A DNA stretch of 64,000 nucleotides from Spirochaetota bacterium (GTDB lineage Bacteria; Spirochaetota; UBA4802; UBA5550): the NCBI GenBank assembly GCA_050298055.1, contig JBNKTL010000005.1:34149-98148 (forward strand). Direction: 5' to 3'. Below, piece by piece: positions 39,190-47,939 of this stretch. Position 1 is the stretch's first letter; each line of letters starts with the position of its first letter. A model generated the notes under the pieces. The model had not been told where the DNA came from, searched no databases, and saw only the letters and a program-made list of their open reading frames with translations. Position numbers and translations under genes: made by a program.

Positions 39190-40278
39190 ATGAAAATTTT
39201 CAATAACATTAAAATAAATGGAAGAATGAAATCAGGACAGGTGCTGATACTCTCGGCAATAATGATACTGACAGGCTCAGTTTATCTCTGGGGTCTGCTT
39301 CAGAAGAAATCCAGCGGCCTGAAAATGGACCATAAAATCCATGCTGAAAATAATGTGGTGTGCTCTACATGCCACTCTATGAATTCTAATACACGGTTTA
39401 TGACCTTTAAGGGCCACGATGCATGTTCTGAGTGTCATGAGCAGGTCAAGAGTACAAATAAAGAGGATTGTAAAATATGTCACACTAACAGCGAAGGTAA
39501 AACAGCTCTCAGAAAGAATATAAACCTCAGCCCGCTGGTCAACTTTGACCATAAAATCCATGCTGAGGGAGGAGTTAAATGTATCCAGTGTCATACGCGT
39601 GCAGATAAGGAGAAATCTGTTTCCGGCAATAATATGATCCCTCAGATGGAAACCTGTGTGGATTGTCATAAGGACCGGAAGATTGCCGATACGGATGATT
39701 GTTCTACCTGTCACGTAGAGGGATATGAGAGGATAAGGCCTGCGGACCACACACCCTTCTGGTTTCGAAACCACGGTCGGGGGCTGGACAGCAGCACAAG
39801 AGAAAAGAGCTGCAATATCTGCCATACAAAGAAGCTTGGTAATGACTGTCTCAGCTGCCACAGGCGGGAAAAACCGAAAAACCACACAATAGGCTGGAGG
39901 GTGAGAAGCCATGCGCAGTATGCGCAGATTAACCGTGAAAGTTGTGTTACCTGCCATACACAGGGTGAGTGTATTGCATGTCATACAACAACTGAGCCCT
40001 TTTCACATACCGGGTTTTGGGGTGCTCCCTACAACAGACACTGTATTAATTGTCATGTCACAGGCGGGGATTTCAGCGGTGCTTCCGGTGTAGGGAACAA
40101 CTGCACTTTCTGTCACAGGCAGGGGACAATAGTAAGCCGGCATACAACATTGCCGAGGCCGTCAGGTCACGCAACAACAGGATGTTCCAATAACGGTGCA
40201 TCCTGTCACAATGGAAGCCTGGGGCTCAGGCACCCGTATCCCACATCAACTTTCAGCTGCAGGAGCTGTCACCAGTAG
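39190..40278 (+). CDS. multiheme cytochrome c (13 CxxCH motifs), membrane-anchored/periplasmic
   Basis: Thirteen CxxCH motifs counted by eye (CSTCH, CSECH, CKICH, CIQCH, CVDCH, CSTCH, CNICH, CLSCH, CVTCH, CIACH, CINCH, CTFCH, CRSCH). N-terminal TM/signal anchor. It starts 12 nt after the beta-barrel gene. Confidence 0.85.
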   Translation: MKIFNNIKINGRMKSGQVLILSAIMILTGSVYLWGLLQKKSSGLKMDHKIHAENNVVCSTCHSMNSNTRFMTFKGHDACSECHEQVKSTNKEDCKICHTNSEGKTALRKNINLSPLVNFDHKIHAEGGVKCIQCHTRADKEKSVSGNNMIPQMETCVDCHKDRKIADTDDCSTCHVEGYERIRPADHTPFWFRNHGRGLDSSTREKSCNICHTKKLGNDCLSCHRREKPKNHTIGWRVRSHAQYAQINRESCVTCHTQGECIACHTTTEPFSHTGFWGAPYNRHCINCHVTGGDFSGASGVGNNCTFCHRQGTIVSRHTTLPRPSGHATTGCSNNGASCHNGSLGLRHPYPTSTFSCRSCHQ

Positions 40279-40291
40279 CTTATCTCCTTAA

Positions 40292-40345
40292 TGCTCTGAC
40301 CCTCTCTCTTTTTTATTTGGCAGAAAAAGAGAGAGGGTCAGAGCA
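40292..40345. repeat. 22-bp perfect-stem hairpin built from the REP-like motif (TGCTCTGACCCTCTCTCTTTTT / AAAAAGAGAGAGGGTCAGAGCA)
   Basis: Immediately follows the cytochrome stop codon. Possible terminator or REPIN. Confidence 0.7.
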
Positions 40346-40425
40346 GTAATTCAGGGGTCAGAGCAGTAATTCAGGGGTCAGAGCAGTAATTCAGGGGTCA
40401 GAGCAGTAATTCAGGGGTCAGAGCA
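40335..40425. repeat. tandem direct repeat, 4.5 copies of a 20-bp unit GGGTCAGAGCAGTAATTCAG
   Basis: Perfectly identical units at 40335, 40355, 40375 and 40395, plus a partial unit at 40415. There are no spacers, so it is not CRISPR. Confidence 0.85.
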
Positions 40426-40522
40426 TTTTATCACGGGAAAATCCAAAAAAACAGGATACTCCACCCGGAATACCCTGTTTAAGTTCCAACCTGAATTATG
40501 CCTGATAATAATACAGATATTC

Positions 40523-41815
40523 TTATGGCCTGGTTCCGCCATTTGGATAAGTCACAATGCTGGCACCGGCATTTAACTGCAGGTTCTCTATGGCATCCCA
40601 GAGGAGCTGTGCGACATAAGTTGCATTATGGATGCCCCCGCTCCTGTCCTCAAGTGCGAGCCTGAAGTTCCAGAATGACGCTGCCTGTGCCTGTGTAAAG
40701 GTTGCCGTCTGTATTTCCCAGTCAAGTCCCCATTCACCTGTAGTCTGGTCACTTCCTGTCAAACCGACAATAGGCCCGGTTCCATCACCGCTGAAGTTGT
40801 TAGTGCCGTCACCGAAATATTTTACCAGTGTTGCCATCATTCCGGAAATCTCATTGATCATACCTTCCGTTGATCCAGTTCCATCCCAGTTCGATGGTGC
40901 AGTGTGGTTGGTCTCACCGGCAAATGTCGCTCCGAATGCGGGCCATCCGCTTGGATGGCATCCAGTCGCCTGGCATGAAGCCACAAGATCATAAGAGTTC
41001 CCGTGAACCTCGCCCTTCAGATAGAAACCGTGTCCGCCCAGGGCAAGGCTGTCATTGCTTCCGGCTTCCGAATACATGTGGCACTGTACGCAGCTGTCTG
41101 TTATTGCTCCCTCATGGTCACCTGAAGCCAGGTAAGCGGCACCCCCTGTGGGATCTTGATAATTACCGACACCTATATCAAGTTCAATACTTGCTATAGC
41201 GGTAGCATTTGACCAGGGAAAGGCGTTTGCTCCCACAAGAACATCGGCCTGCGGTCCGTGGTGCGGCCCCCTGTAACTTGCCAGTGACGCTGTTGCCGTT
41301 GAAAAGACAAAGTTGTCAGTGGCCACAGAGTTTGCCCTGTGGCACGCAACACAGAGATTACCCTTTCCGATGTTAAAGCCTGTGCCATCCTTCAGGGTCA
41401 CCGCGTCAGTAGTTCTTAAGGTGAAATCACCGGATGTATGAGGCGAATGGCATGTGAAACATCCCGGTGGCGCAGAGTATGAACCTGTGCTTGTTTCTCC
41501 CGAAAGCGAAGTAACAAACGCCTCATGGTTGTGACATGATTCGGCACAATAGGACGCGTTGCTTCCGTGGTGAATGTAGGTATGCCCCGTTGTCAAATAA
41601 TTGGGGTCCAGGGTCCTCGGTCCAAGCCAGTGCCCGGAATTATCATATCCTGCCTGCGCAAAGAGGAGTGCCATGCCGATTGTTGATGTTTCGCTATGAC
41701 ATCCCATGCAGCCTGCGGTATCACTGCTTGAACTGCTGTCATCACCGCATCCGATAGCGAACAGAGCGGATACGGTTATTATCATCAGCACATAGAGGAA
41801 AAATTTCAAACGCAT
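40523..41815 (-). CDS. lipoprotein multiheme cytochrome c (5-6 heme motifs including CxxxCH/CxxxxCH variants)
   Basis: Start at 41815 after a GGAGG Shine-Dalgarno; the ORF track gives 41866. Signal peptide with lipobox AIGC. Heme motifs CMGCH, CAESCH, CFTCH, CVACH, CVQCH, CQATGCH. Gly/Thr/Ser-rich. Confidence 0.75.
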   Translation of the reverse strand: MRLKFFLYVLMIITVSALFAIGCGDDSSSSSDTAGCMGCHSETSTIGMALLFAQAGYDNSGHWLGPRTLDPNYLTTGHTYIHHGSNASYCAESCHNHEAFVTSLSGETSTGSYSAPPGCFTCHSPHTSGDFTLRTTDAVTLKDGTGFNIGKGNLCVACHRANSVATDNFVFSTATASLASYRGPHHGPQADVLVGANAFPWSNATAIASIELDIGVGNYQDPTGGAAYLASGDHEGAITDSCVQCHMYSEAGSNDSLALGGHGFYLKGEVHGNSYDLVASCQATGCHPSGWPAFGATFAGETNHTAPSNWDGTGSTEGMINEISGMMATLVKYFGDGTNNFSGDGTGPIVGLTGSDQTTGEWGLDWEIQTATFTQAQAASFWNFRLALEDRSGGIHNATYVAQLLWDAIENLQLNAGASIVTYPNGGTRP

Positions 41816-42673
41816 TATGAAAACCTCCGTTTGATTAAATTTATATAAACATCGGAGATTTTGCACATCCTGCAGCTGGAATCGGATCGCCGTGTAATCT
41901 CTTCTGTTAATATCGCAGTATTAATCCAACTAAGTCGTCTTCAGCTGATATTTTCCTCATTTGTAGAAAAAATTTTTCGTGAACCTGAACCGGGTAAGAT
42001 TTCTGTTTTTATGGAAGACAAGAAAGAAAAAGAAGAGTTTCTGAATAACATTAGTAACATCCTTATCCTTACTATTAATTATAATATACTTAATTTTAAG
42101 GTTAGTCAATAATATTGTCAGATTTTAAAAATTTATGGTTTTATTGCTCTATTACGTTTTTTTATATCCAGCACTATACATAGCCCTTAAACGTCTGTTA
42201 GATGATATGCTTTGAGGAGTAAAATGGGTTTTTATGGAATTTTACAGGAAACATGAAGATCTTCTTTCATAAATATGTAACAATTACAAATCTGTATTGA
42301 CAAAAAATTATAGAATATTGTTGGAATTTTAGTAAATAAATGTATCTTTATTAATATCGCTGAGTAATTAAGGAGAAATCACACAAACAGTACGATGTCA
42401 TGTAAAATACCTTTTTTGTAATGCTGAAAAAATATGATAAAATTAAGAAATTATATACTTTTTAAAAAAATAAGTTGATTAAAAAAGATGGTGTCTGTCT
42501 ATTGTATTTCACTCAATATTATTAAATAAAGAGAAATAATGGGAATATAAAGTCAGAATTGATTAATATAGATGCTGTTTAAAATGGCATATTCCCGTTT
42601 AAAAATTTATTTTTTTATTGTGCATTTTGCCAGGGATTAACCTGTATAAATAATAATTTTTAGGAGGGAAAGA

Positions 42674-44446
42674 ATGAGCTTGCCAAAACTTGATCCTACC
42701 AAGTTGGCTGACTGGCAGATAGCCGAAGAAGCTGAAAAGCATATGAAAAAGGTCTATCAGCTCGCAGATGAACTGGGAATCAAAAATGAAGAATTAATTC
42801 CTTACGGACACTATTTCGGAAAAGTTGACTATGAAGTTGCATACGAAAGATTAAAGGACAAACCTGACGGCAAATATATTGATGTAACGGCTATTACTCC
42901 CACACCTCTTGGTGAAGGGAAAAGTACTTCAACAATGGGCCTTGTTCAGGGTCTGGGGAAAAGAGGTAAAAACGTAACAGGCGCCATCAGGCAGCCGTCC
43001 GGCGGACCGACCATGAATGTGAAGGGAAGCGCAGCGGGAGGCGGACTTTCGCAGTGTATTCCCCTAACGCCCTTTTCACTTGGACTTACCGGTGACATCA
43101 ATGCAATTATGAATGCCCATAACCTCGCTATGGTTGCAATCACTTCCCGGATGCAGCATGAGTTTAATTATAACGATGAGATACTCAAATCAAAGAATCT
43201 CAAGAGGCTCGATATTGATCCCCATAATGTTGAGTTCAGGTGGATTATCGACTTCTGTGCGCAGTCTCTGAGAGAAATTATTATCGGCCTCGGAGGTCCC
43301 AAAAACGGTTTCACTATGAGATCGAGTTTTGGTATTGCAGTAAGTTCCGAGCTTATGGCTATTCTCGCGGTTGCAACAAGCCTCAAAGATATGAGAGAGA
43401 GGATGGGTAAGATCGTTGTTGCCTACAGCAAATGGGGCGACCCGGTCACAACAGCCGATCTCGAAGTTGACGGGGCTATGACGGCATGGATGATGGAGGC
43501 CATCAATCCCACACTTATGCAGACAATTGAAGGCCAGCCTGTATTTGTTCACGCAGGTCCTTTTGCCAACATTGCTATCGGCCAGTCTTCAATCGTTGCC
43601 GACAAGCTGGGCCTCAAGCTGGGAGACTACCATGTTACCGAGAGCGGTTTCGGTGCTGATATCGGGTTTGAGAAGTTCTGGAACCTCAAATGCAGGTTCA
43701 GCGGACTTACACCGGACTGTGCTGTTATTGTTGCCACAGTCAGGGCCCTCAAGAGTCATGGCGGCGGTCCTCCTGTTCCTCCCGGAAAGAAACTCGACCC
43801 GGTCTATACATCTGAAAATGTTGAGCTTGTTGACAAGGGATGTGTCAACCTCGTTAAGCATATCGAAAACGTCAAGAAGGCGGGGATTTCTCCTGTTGTC
43901 TGTATCAACTCCTTCTACACCGATACAAAAGATGAAATTGCTGCTATCAGGAAACATGCCGAAGCGGCAGGTGCCAGGGTGGCGGTATCCAATCACTGGC
44001 TCGAAGGCGGTGATGGGGCCCTTGAGTTAACTGATGCGGTGATCGAAGCATCTGAGGAAAAGACAGACTTCAAATTCCTCTACGAGCTCGATGCGTCCCT
44101 CAGCGAGAGGATCGATAAGATCGCCAGAGAGGTTTACGGTGCGGATGGCGTTAGCTACACTCCTGAAGCAAAGGCAAAGCTTGAAAGAATGGAGAAGGAC
44201 CCTGATATATCATCGCTGGGAACATGTATGGTTAAAACACACCTGAGCCTTTCACATGATCCTACGCGGAAGGGGGCCCCCACAGGCTGGACTCTGCCCG
44301 TAAGGGACATCCTCACATACAAAGGCGCCGGCTTTGTGGTTCCCGTTGCGGGTACTATCAGCCTGATGCCGGGTACGGCTTCTGATCCTGCATACAGAAG
44401 GGTCGATGTTGATACCAAGAGAAGGAAAATCACCGGAGTATTCTAA
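42674..44446 (+). CDS. fhs: formate--tetrahydrofolate ligase (formyl-THF synthetase)
   Basis: 590 aa; [13 protein letters not shown]-loop region and overall FTHFS family similarity. Confidence 0.9.
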   Translation: MSLPKLDPTKLADWQIAEEAEKHMKKVYQLADELGIKNEELIPYGHYFGKVDYEVAYERLKDKPDGKYIDVTAITPTPLGEGKSTSTMGLVQGLGKRGKNVTGAIRQPSGGPTMNVKGSAAGGGLSQCIPLTPFSLGLTGDINAIMNAHNLAMVAITSRMQHEFNYNDEILKSKNLKRLDIDPHNVEFRWIIDFCAQSLREIIIGLGGPKNGFTMRSSFGIAVSSELMAILAVATSLKDMRERMGKIVVAYSKWGDPVTTADLEVDGAMTAWMMEAINPTLMQTIEGQPVFVHAGPFANIAIGQSSIVADKLGLKLGDYHVTESGFGADIGFEKFWNLKCRFSGLTPDCAVIVATVRALKSHGGGPPVPPGKKLDPVYTSENVELVDKGCVNLVKHIENVKKAGISPVVCINSFYTDTKDEIAAIRKHAEAAGARVAVSNHWLEGGDGALELTDAVIEASEEKTDFKFLYELDASLSERIDKIAREVYGADGVSYTPEAKAKLERMEKDPDISSLGTCMVKTHLSLSHDPTRKGAPTGWTLPVRDILTYKGAGFVVPVAGTISLMPGTASDPAYRRVDVDTKRRKITGVF

Positions 44447-44967
44447 TACCGGGTGATCTGAAATATAACGGATACCGGTACCGGACTTTCCGGTGCCGGT
44501 GTTCATAAAAAAACATTTGAAAGTTATCTTTAATTTTGATATTATTTCAATAGTTATACATGAGCCAGATGTCACTTAAAGATAAGTCAGAGTCAGCCTG
44601 AGAAGCTGGCTTGAGTAGAGGTTATAAAAAGATTGATTGTTACATCCGGGGTGAAATGTTCACCCGGTAAAATAGATAGAGGCTTATTAAATGCATTGAT
44701 GCTGCCTGTATGCCTGTCAGACATCTCTCTATTCGCTTATTCAGATATCAGTATTGACCTGGGATCTTTTAAAGAACTATAGTATCAATTTTTAATTGTT
44801 ATTACAATTAAAACAGCAATTATTGATTTTTAAAGGAATAGCCTGTTAAGTATTTTAAAAGATCCTAAAAAAATATTGAATTAATTAAGAATAATTTTTA
44901 AATGGAGCAATGGACACAAAAATGGGATTTTACTAAGGAGTTTGTCTGAATTGGAAGAGGAAGTTTT

Positions 44968-45723
44968 ATGAGTTATGTAATCGCCGTAGCAGGCAAGGGG
45001 GGGACCGGAAAATCTACCGTTTCGTCATTAATTGTTCGTTCATTATTGAAAAAGGGGGAGACTCCTGTTCTTGCTATTGATGCGGACCCGAATTCCAATC
45101 TCGCAGAATCCATTGGGATCAATGTAAATGATACAATCGGTACTGTTCTCTCCGATTACATGAGACAGAGACTGGACCTCCCCCAGGGGATGACCAAGCA
45201 GGCTTTCCTGGAGATGAAACTTCACCAGATCATCAAAGAGGATGATAAAATTGATATGCTGGTCATGGGCTGTCCCGAAGGCTCCGGTTGTTACTGCGGC
45301 GCCAACGCGATTCTTAAAAGTTATTTTGAAGACCTTAAAAAGAACTACAAATTCATTGTTGTAGACAACGAGGCGGGGATGGAGCACTTCAGCAGAAAGA
45401 CAGCGGCTGATATCGATCTTCTCCTTTTTGTTTCAAATTATTCCAAAAAAGGAATTGTAACCGTAGAGAGACTCTCAAAGATGGTTGATGACCTTAAACT
45501 TTCGGTCAAAAACCGTTATCTTTTAATAAACCAGACCCCTGAAGAGCTGGATCCTGATTTTGTCAAAGATGTAGAAAATATCGGAATACCCTATTTCGGT
45601 AACCTGGTTTCCGATAAAGTGATAGAAGAATATGATGTTAAAGGTAAGCCGTTAACAGACCTTCCGGACGATTCTCTTACCGTACAGAACTTTGAAGAAA
45701 TGCTCTGGGAGAGAATAGATTAA
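44968..45723 (+). CDS. cooC: CO dehydrogenase nickel-insertion accessory ATPase CooC/AcsF
   Basis: IAVAGKGGTGKSTVSSL deviant Walker A of the MinD/CooC family. 251 aa. Sits inside the ACS cluster. Confidence 0.85.
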   Translation: MSYVIAVAGKGGTGKSTVSSLIVRSLLKKGETPVLAIDADPNSNLAESIGINVNDTIGTVLSDYMRQRLDLPQGMTKQAFLEMKLHQIIKEDDKIDMLVMGCPEGSGCYCGANAILKSYFEDLKKNYKFIVVDNEAGMEHFSRKTAADIDLLLFVSNYSKKGIVTVERLSKMVDDLKLSVKNRYLLINQTPEELDPDFVKDVENIGIPYFGNLVSDKVIEEYDVKGKPLTDLPDDSLTVQNFEEMLWERID

Positions 45724-45744
45724 AGAAATTTTATGGAGGAAAAA

Positions 45745-46638
45745 ATGTCAGCAAAGATCATAAGCGGAACAGAAATTGCCAAAGAGATCAGGGCGGAACT
45801 GAAAAGTGAAGTTGAAGAACTGGTCAGTAAACATAATGTTCAACCGGGACTTGTTACCATTCTTGTGGGAGAAAATCCCGCATCGGTAAGCTATGTTACG
45901 GCAAAAGGGAAAACAGCCAAGGAACTGGGATTCAACTCAATACAGGATGACCAGCCCGAGGATATCACGGAGGAAGATCTTCTGAAGTTGATTGATAAAT
46001 ACAATAATGACCCGAAGATCCATGGAATTCTTGTTCAGCTTCCCCTGCCAAAACACATTGACGAGAATAAGGTTCTCTATGCCATCGATCCGGATAAGGA
46101 TGTTGACGGATTTCATCCGGTAAATGTGGGAAGACTCGTCATTGGCGAGGCAAAGTTCTATCCCTGCACACCATACGGGATTCAGGAGATGCTCATCCGT
46201 TCAGGAGCAATCCATGACGGGGCAGAAGTTGTGGTCGTGGGGAGAAGTAATATTGTGGGTAAACCAATATCCATGATGCTGGTTCAGAAGGCCAAGGGCG
46301 CCAACGCCACCGTAACCATGTGTCACACACGGACAAAGGACATGAAGGCCCACACTCTGCGTGCTGATATTCTTATTGTGGCGGCGGGTGTTCCCAAGGC
46401 GGTAACGGCGGATATGGTCAAGCCGGGCGCGGTGGTCATAGATGTGGGGGTCAACCGGGTGGGAAAGACACCGGAAGGAAAGGCGATCCTTGAGGGAGAT
46501 GTGGACTTTGAGCCTGTGAAGGAGATCGCGTCCGCCATAACTCCGGTACCCGGCGGTGTGGGCCCCATGACCATTACAATGCTTATGAAGAACACGGTGA
46601 GAGCCGCAAAGATAGCGGCAGGTCTTTCACTGGATTAA
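45745..46638 (+). CDS. folD: bifunctional methylenetetrahydrofolate dehydrogenase/methenyl-THF cyclohydrolase FolD
   Basis: THF_DHG_CYH family motifs (SYVTAKGK, VQLPLP, GRSNIVGKP). The ATG at 45745 follows a GGAGG; the upstream ATG at 45733 is part of the Shine-Dalgarno. Confidence 0.9.
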   Translation: MSAKIISGTEIAKEIRAELKSEVEELVSKHNVQPGLVTILVGENPASVSYVTAKGKTAKELGFNSIQDDQPEDITEEDLLKLIDKYNNDPKIHGILVQLPLPKHIDENKVLYAIDPDKDVDGFHPVNVGRLVIGEAKFYPCTPYGIQEMLIRSGAIHDGAEVVVVGRSNIVGKPISMMLVQKAKGANATVTMCHTRTKDMKAHTLRADILIVAAGVPKAVTADMVKPGAVVIDVGVNRVGKTPEGKAILEGDVDFEPVKEIASAITPVPGGVGPMTITMLMKNTVRAAKIAAGLSLD

Positions 46639-46716
46639 ATATGTCTGTAAACGGAGGATAGAATTATTTTCCGATTAAGTTATATATTTTGAAAAAAGAC
46701 CTCAGGAGGTAAATAT

Positions 46717-46932
46717 ATGTCTGAGAAAATAGTCGAGAAGAAGGATTTTTCCGGAAAAACCGTAAAGGTCCTTGATGAAACATATGAGCCGGGTAATCCG
46801 TCTGCTGATAAAGATCAGATAGATAAGTGGCGAAACAAGATAAGAAACAGAGATCAGAACATGAAATTCTTACAGAGTTCTCAGAGGTACTGGTACAGTA
46901 ATGACTGGTATGGAAGCGAAAAGAGAAAATAA
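46717..46932 (+). CDS. small hypothetical protein (71 aa) within the acetyl-CoA pathway cluster
   Basis: ORF with an AGGAGG Shine-Dalgarno. Lys/Asp-rich, Trp/Tyr-rich C-terminus. No family recognised. Confidence 0.3.
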   Translation: MSEKIVEKKDFSGKTVKVLDETYEPGNPSADKDQIDKWRNKIRNRDQNMKFLQSSQRYWYSNDWYGSEKRK

Positions 46933-46960
46933 TTGTCAGGAAACAGGAAGGAGGAACTAA

Positions 46961-47902
46961 ATGGCTTTTGAAATCCCAAAAATTGATTATTCTGGTAAAA
47001 TCAGAGAGATAACATTAGGTACAGGCGACAAGGCTGTTACTGTTGGCGGGGAGACCTGCTATCCGTTCTATACTTTTGAAGGTGAAATGCCCCATCTTCC
47101 GAAGGTCTCAATGGAAGTATGGGACTTTCAACCGGATGACTGGGCGGAGGCAGCAGTTGAGCCTTTTAATGATGTTCTCGGAGACCCGGTGGCATGGGCA
47201 AAGAAGTGCGTAGATGAATACGGAGCTGAGCTCATTACCCTTCAACTCCGAAGTATAGATCCCAATGGCATGAACAGGCCCGCGGAAGAAGCTGCTGATG
47301 TGGCCGCAAAGGTTATCGAAGCGGTTGATGTACCTGTTATTTTATGGGGTGTTGCCTCTCATGAAAAAGATACCGAAGTATTAAGGCTGATTGCTGAAAA
47401 GTGCGAAGGGAAAAACGTATCCCTGGGACCTGTTGAGGAAGGTGATTACAAGCAGATAGGTGCGGGCGCCATAGCGTACAAGCACGTTGTGGTTGCTTCT
47501 TCTCCCATTGACATCAACCTTGCAAAGCAGCTGAACATACTTCTCGGCAACCTGGGAGTTGGAGATGACAAGATCATTGTTGATCCCACCACCGGCGCCC
47601 TGGGCTATGGACTGGAATATTCTTATTCCGTAATGGAGAGGGACAGAATGGCGGCCCTTACACAGGAAGATGAAAAGCTCCAGTATCCGATTATCTGTAA
47701 TGTGGGACTGGAAACATGGAAGGTCAAGGAGTCAAAGATCTCCGAATCCGAAGAGCCCACACTGGGAGACGCAAAAAAGAGAGGAATAATGATAGAGTGC
47801 GTAACGGCAATGTCTGCTCTGCTTGCCGGTGCGGATATCCTTGTCATGCGTCATCCTGAATCTATCAAACTTATTAAGAAGATGATCGACGATCTTGCTT
47901 AG
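46961..47902 (+). CDS. acsD: corrinoid iron-sulfur protein small subunit AcsD
   Basis: Clear collinear similarity to Moorella AcsD: ...AWAKKCVDEYGAELI..., SPIDINLAKQLNIL, DPTTGALGYGLEYSYSVMER, LLAGADILVMRHPE. Confidence 0.85.
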   Translation: MAFEIPKIDYSGKIREITLGTGDKAVTVGGETCYPFYTFEGEMPHLPKVSMEVWDFQPDDWAEAAVEPFNDVLGDPVAWAKKCVDEYGAELITLQLRSIDPNGMNRPAEEAADVAAKVIEAVDVPVILWGVASHEKDTEVLRLIAEKCEGKNVSLGPVEEGDYKQIGAGAIAYKHVVVASSPIDINLAKQLNILLGNLGVGDDKIIVDPTTGALGYGLEYSYSVMERDRMAALTQEDEKLQYPIICNVGLETWKVKESKISESEEPTLGDAKKRGIMIECVTAMSALLAGADILVMRHPESIKLIKKMIDDLA

Positions 47903-47939
47903 TAGAAAATCTATGAGTATTCGTTAGGAGGACAATAAT

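Noticed and set aside
40335-40425. Possible CRISPR array (regular 20-bp repeats)
   Set aside because: The units are directly adjacent, with no spacers, no variable sequences between repeats, and no cas genes. It is a simple tandem amplification of the REP-like motif.
44447-44967. Long AT-rich intergenic regions (42120..42673 and 44447..44967) as possible riboswitch/leader RNAs for the folate/acs genes
   Set aside because: No recognisable conserved riboswitch-like helices or motifs by eye. They read as AT-rich promoter/spacer DNA. The CCGGTACCGGA-CTTT-CCGGTGCCGG hairpin at about 44470 lacks a U-tract.
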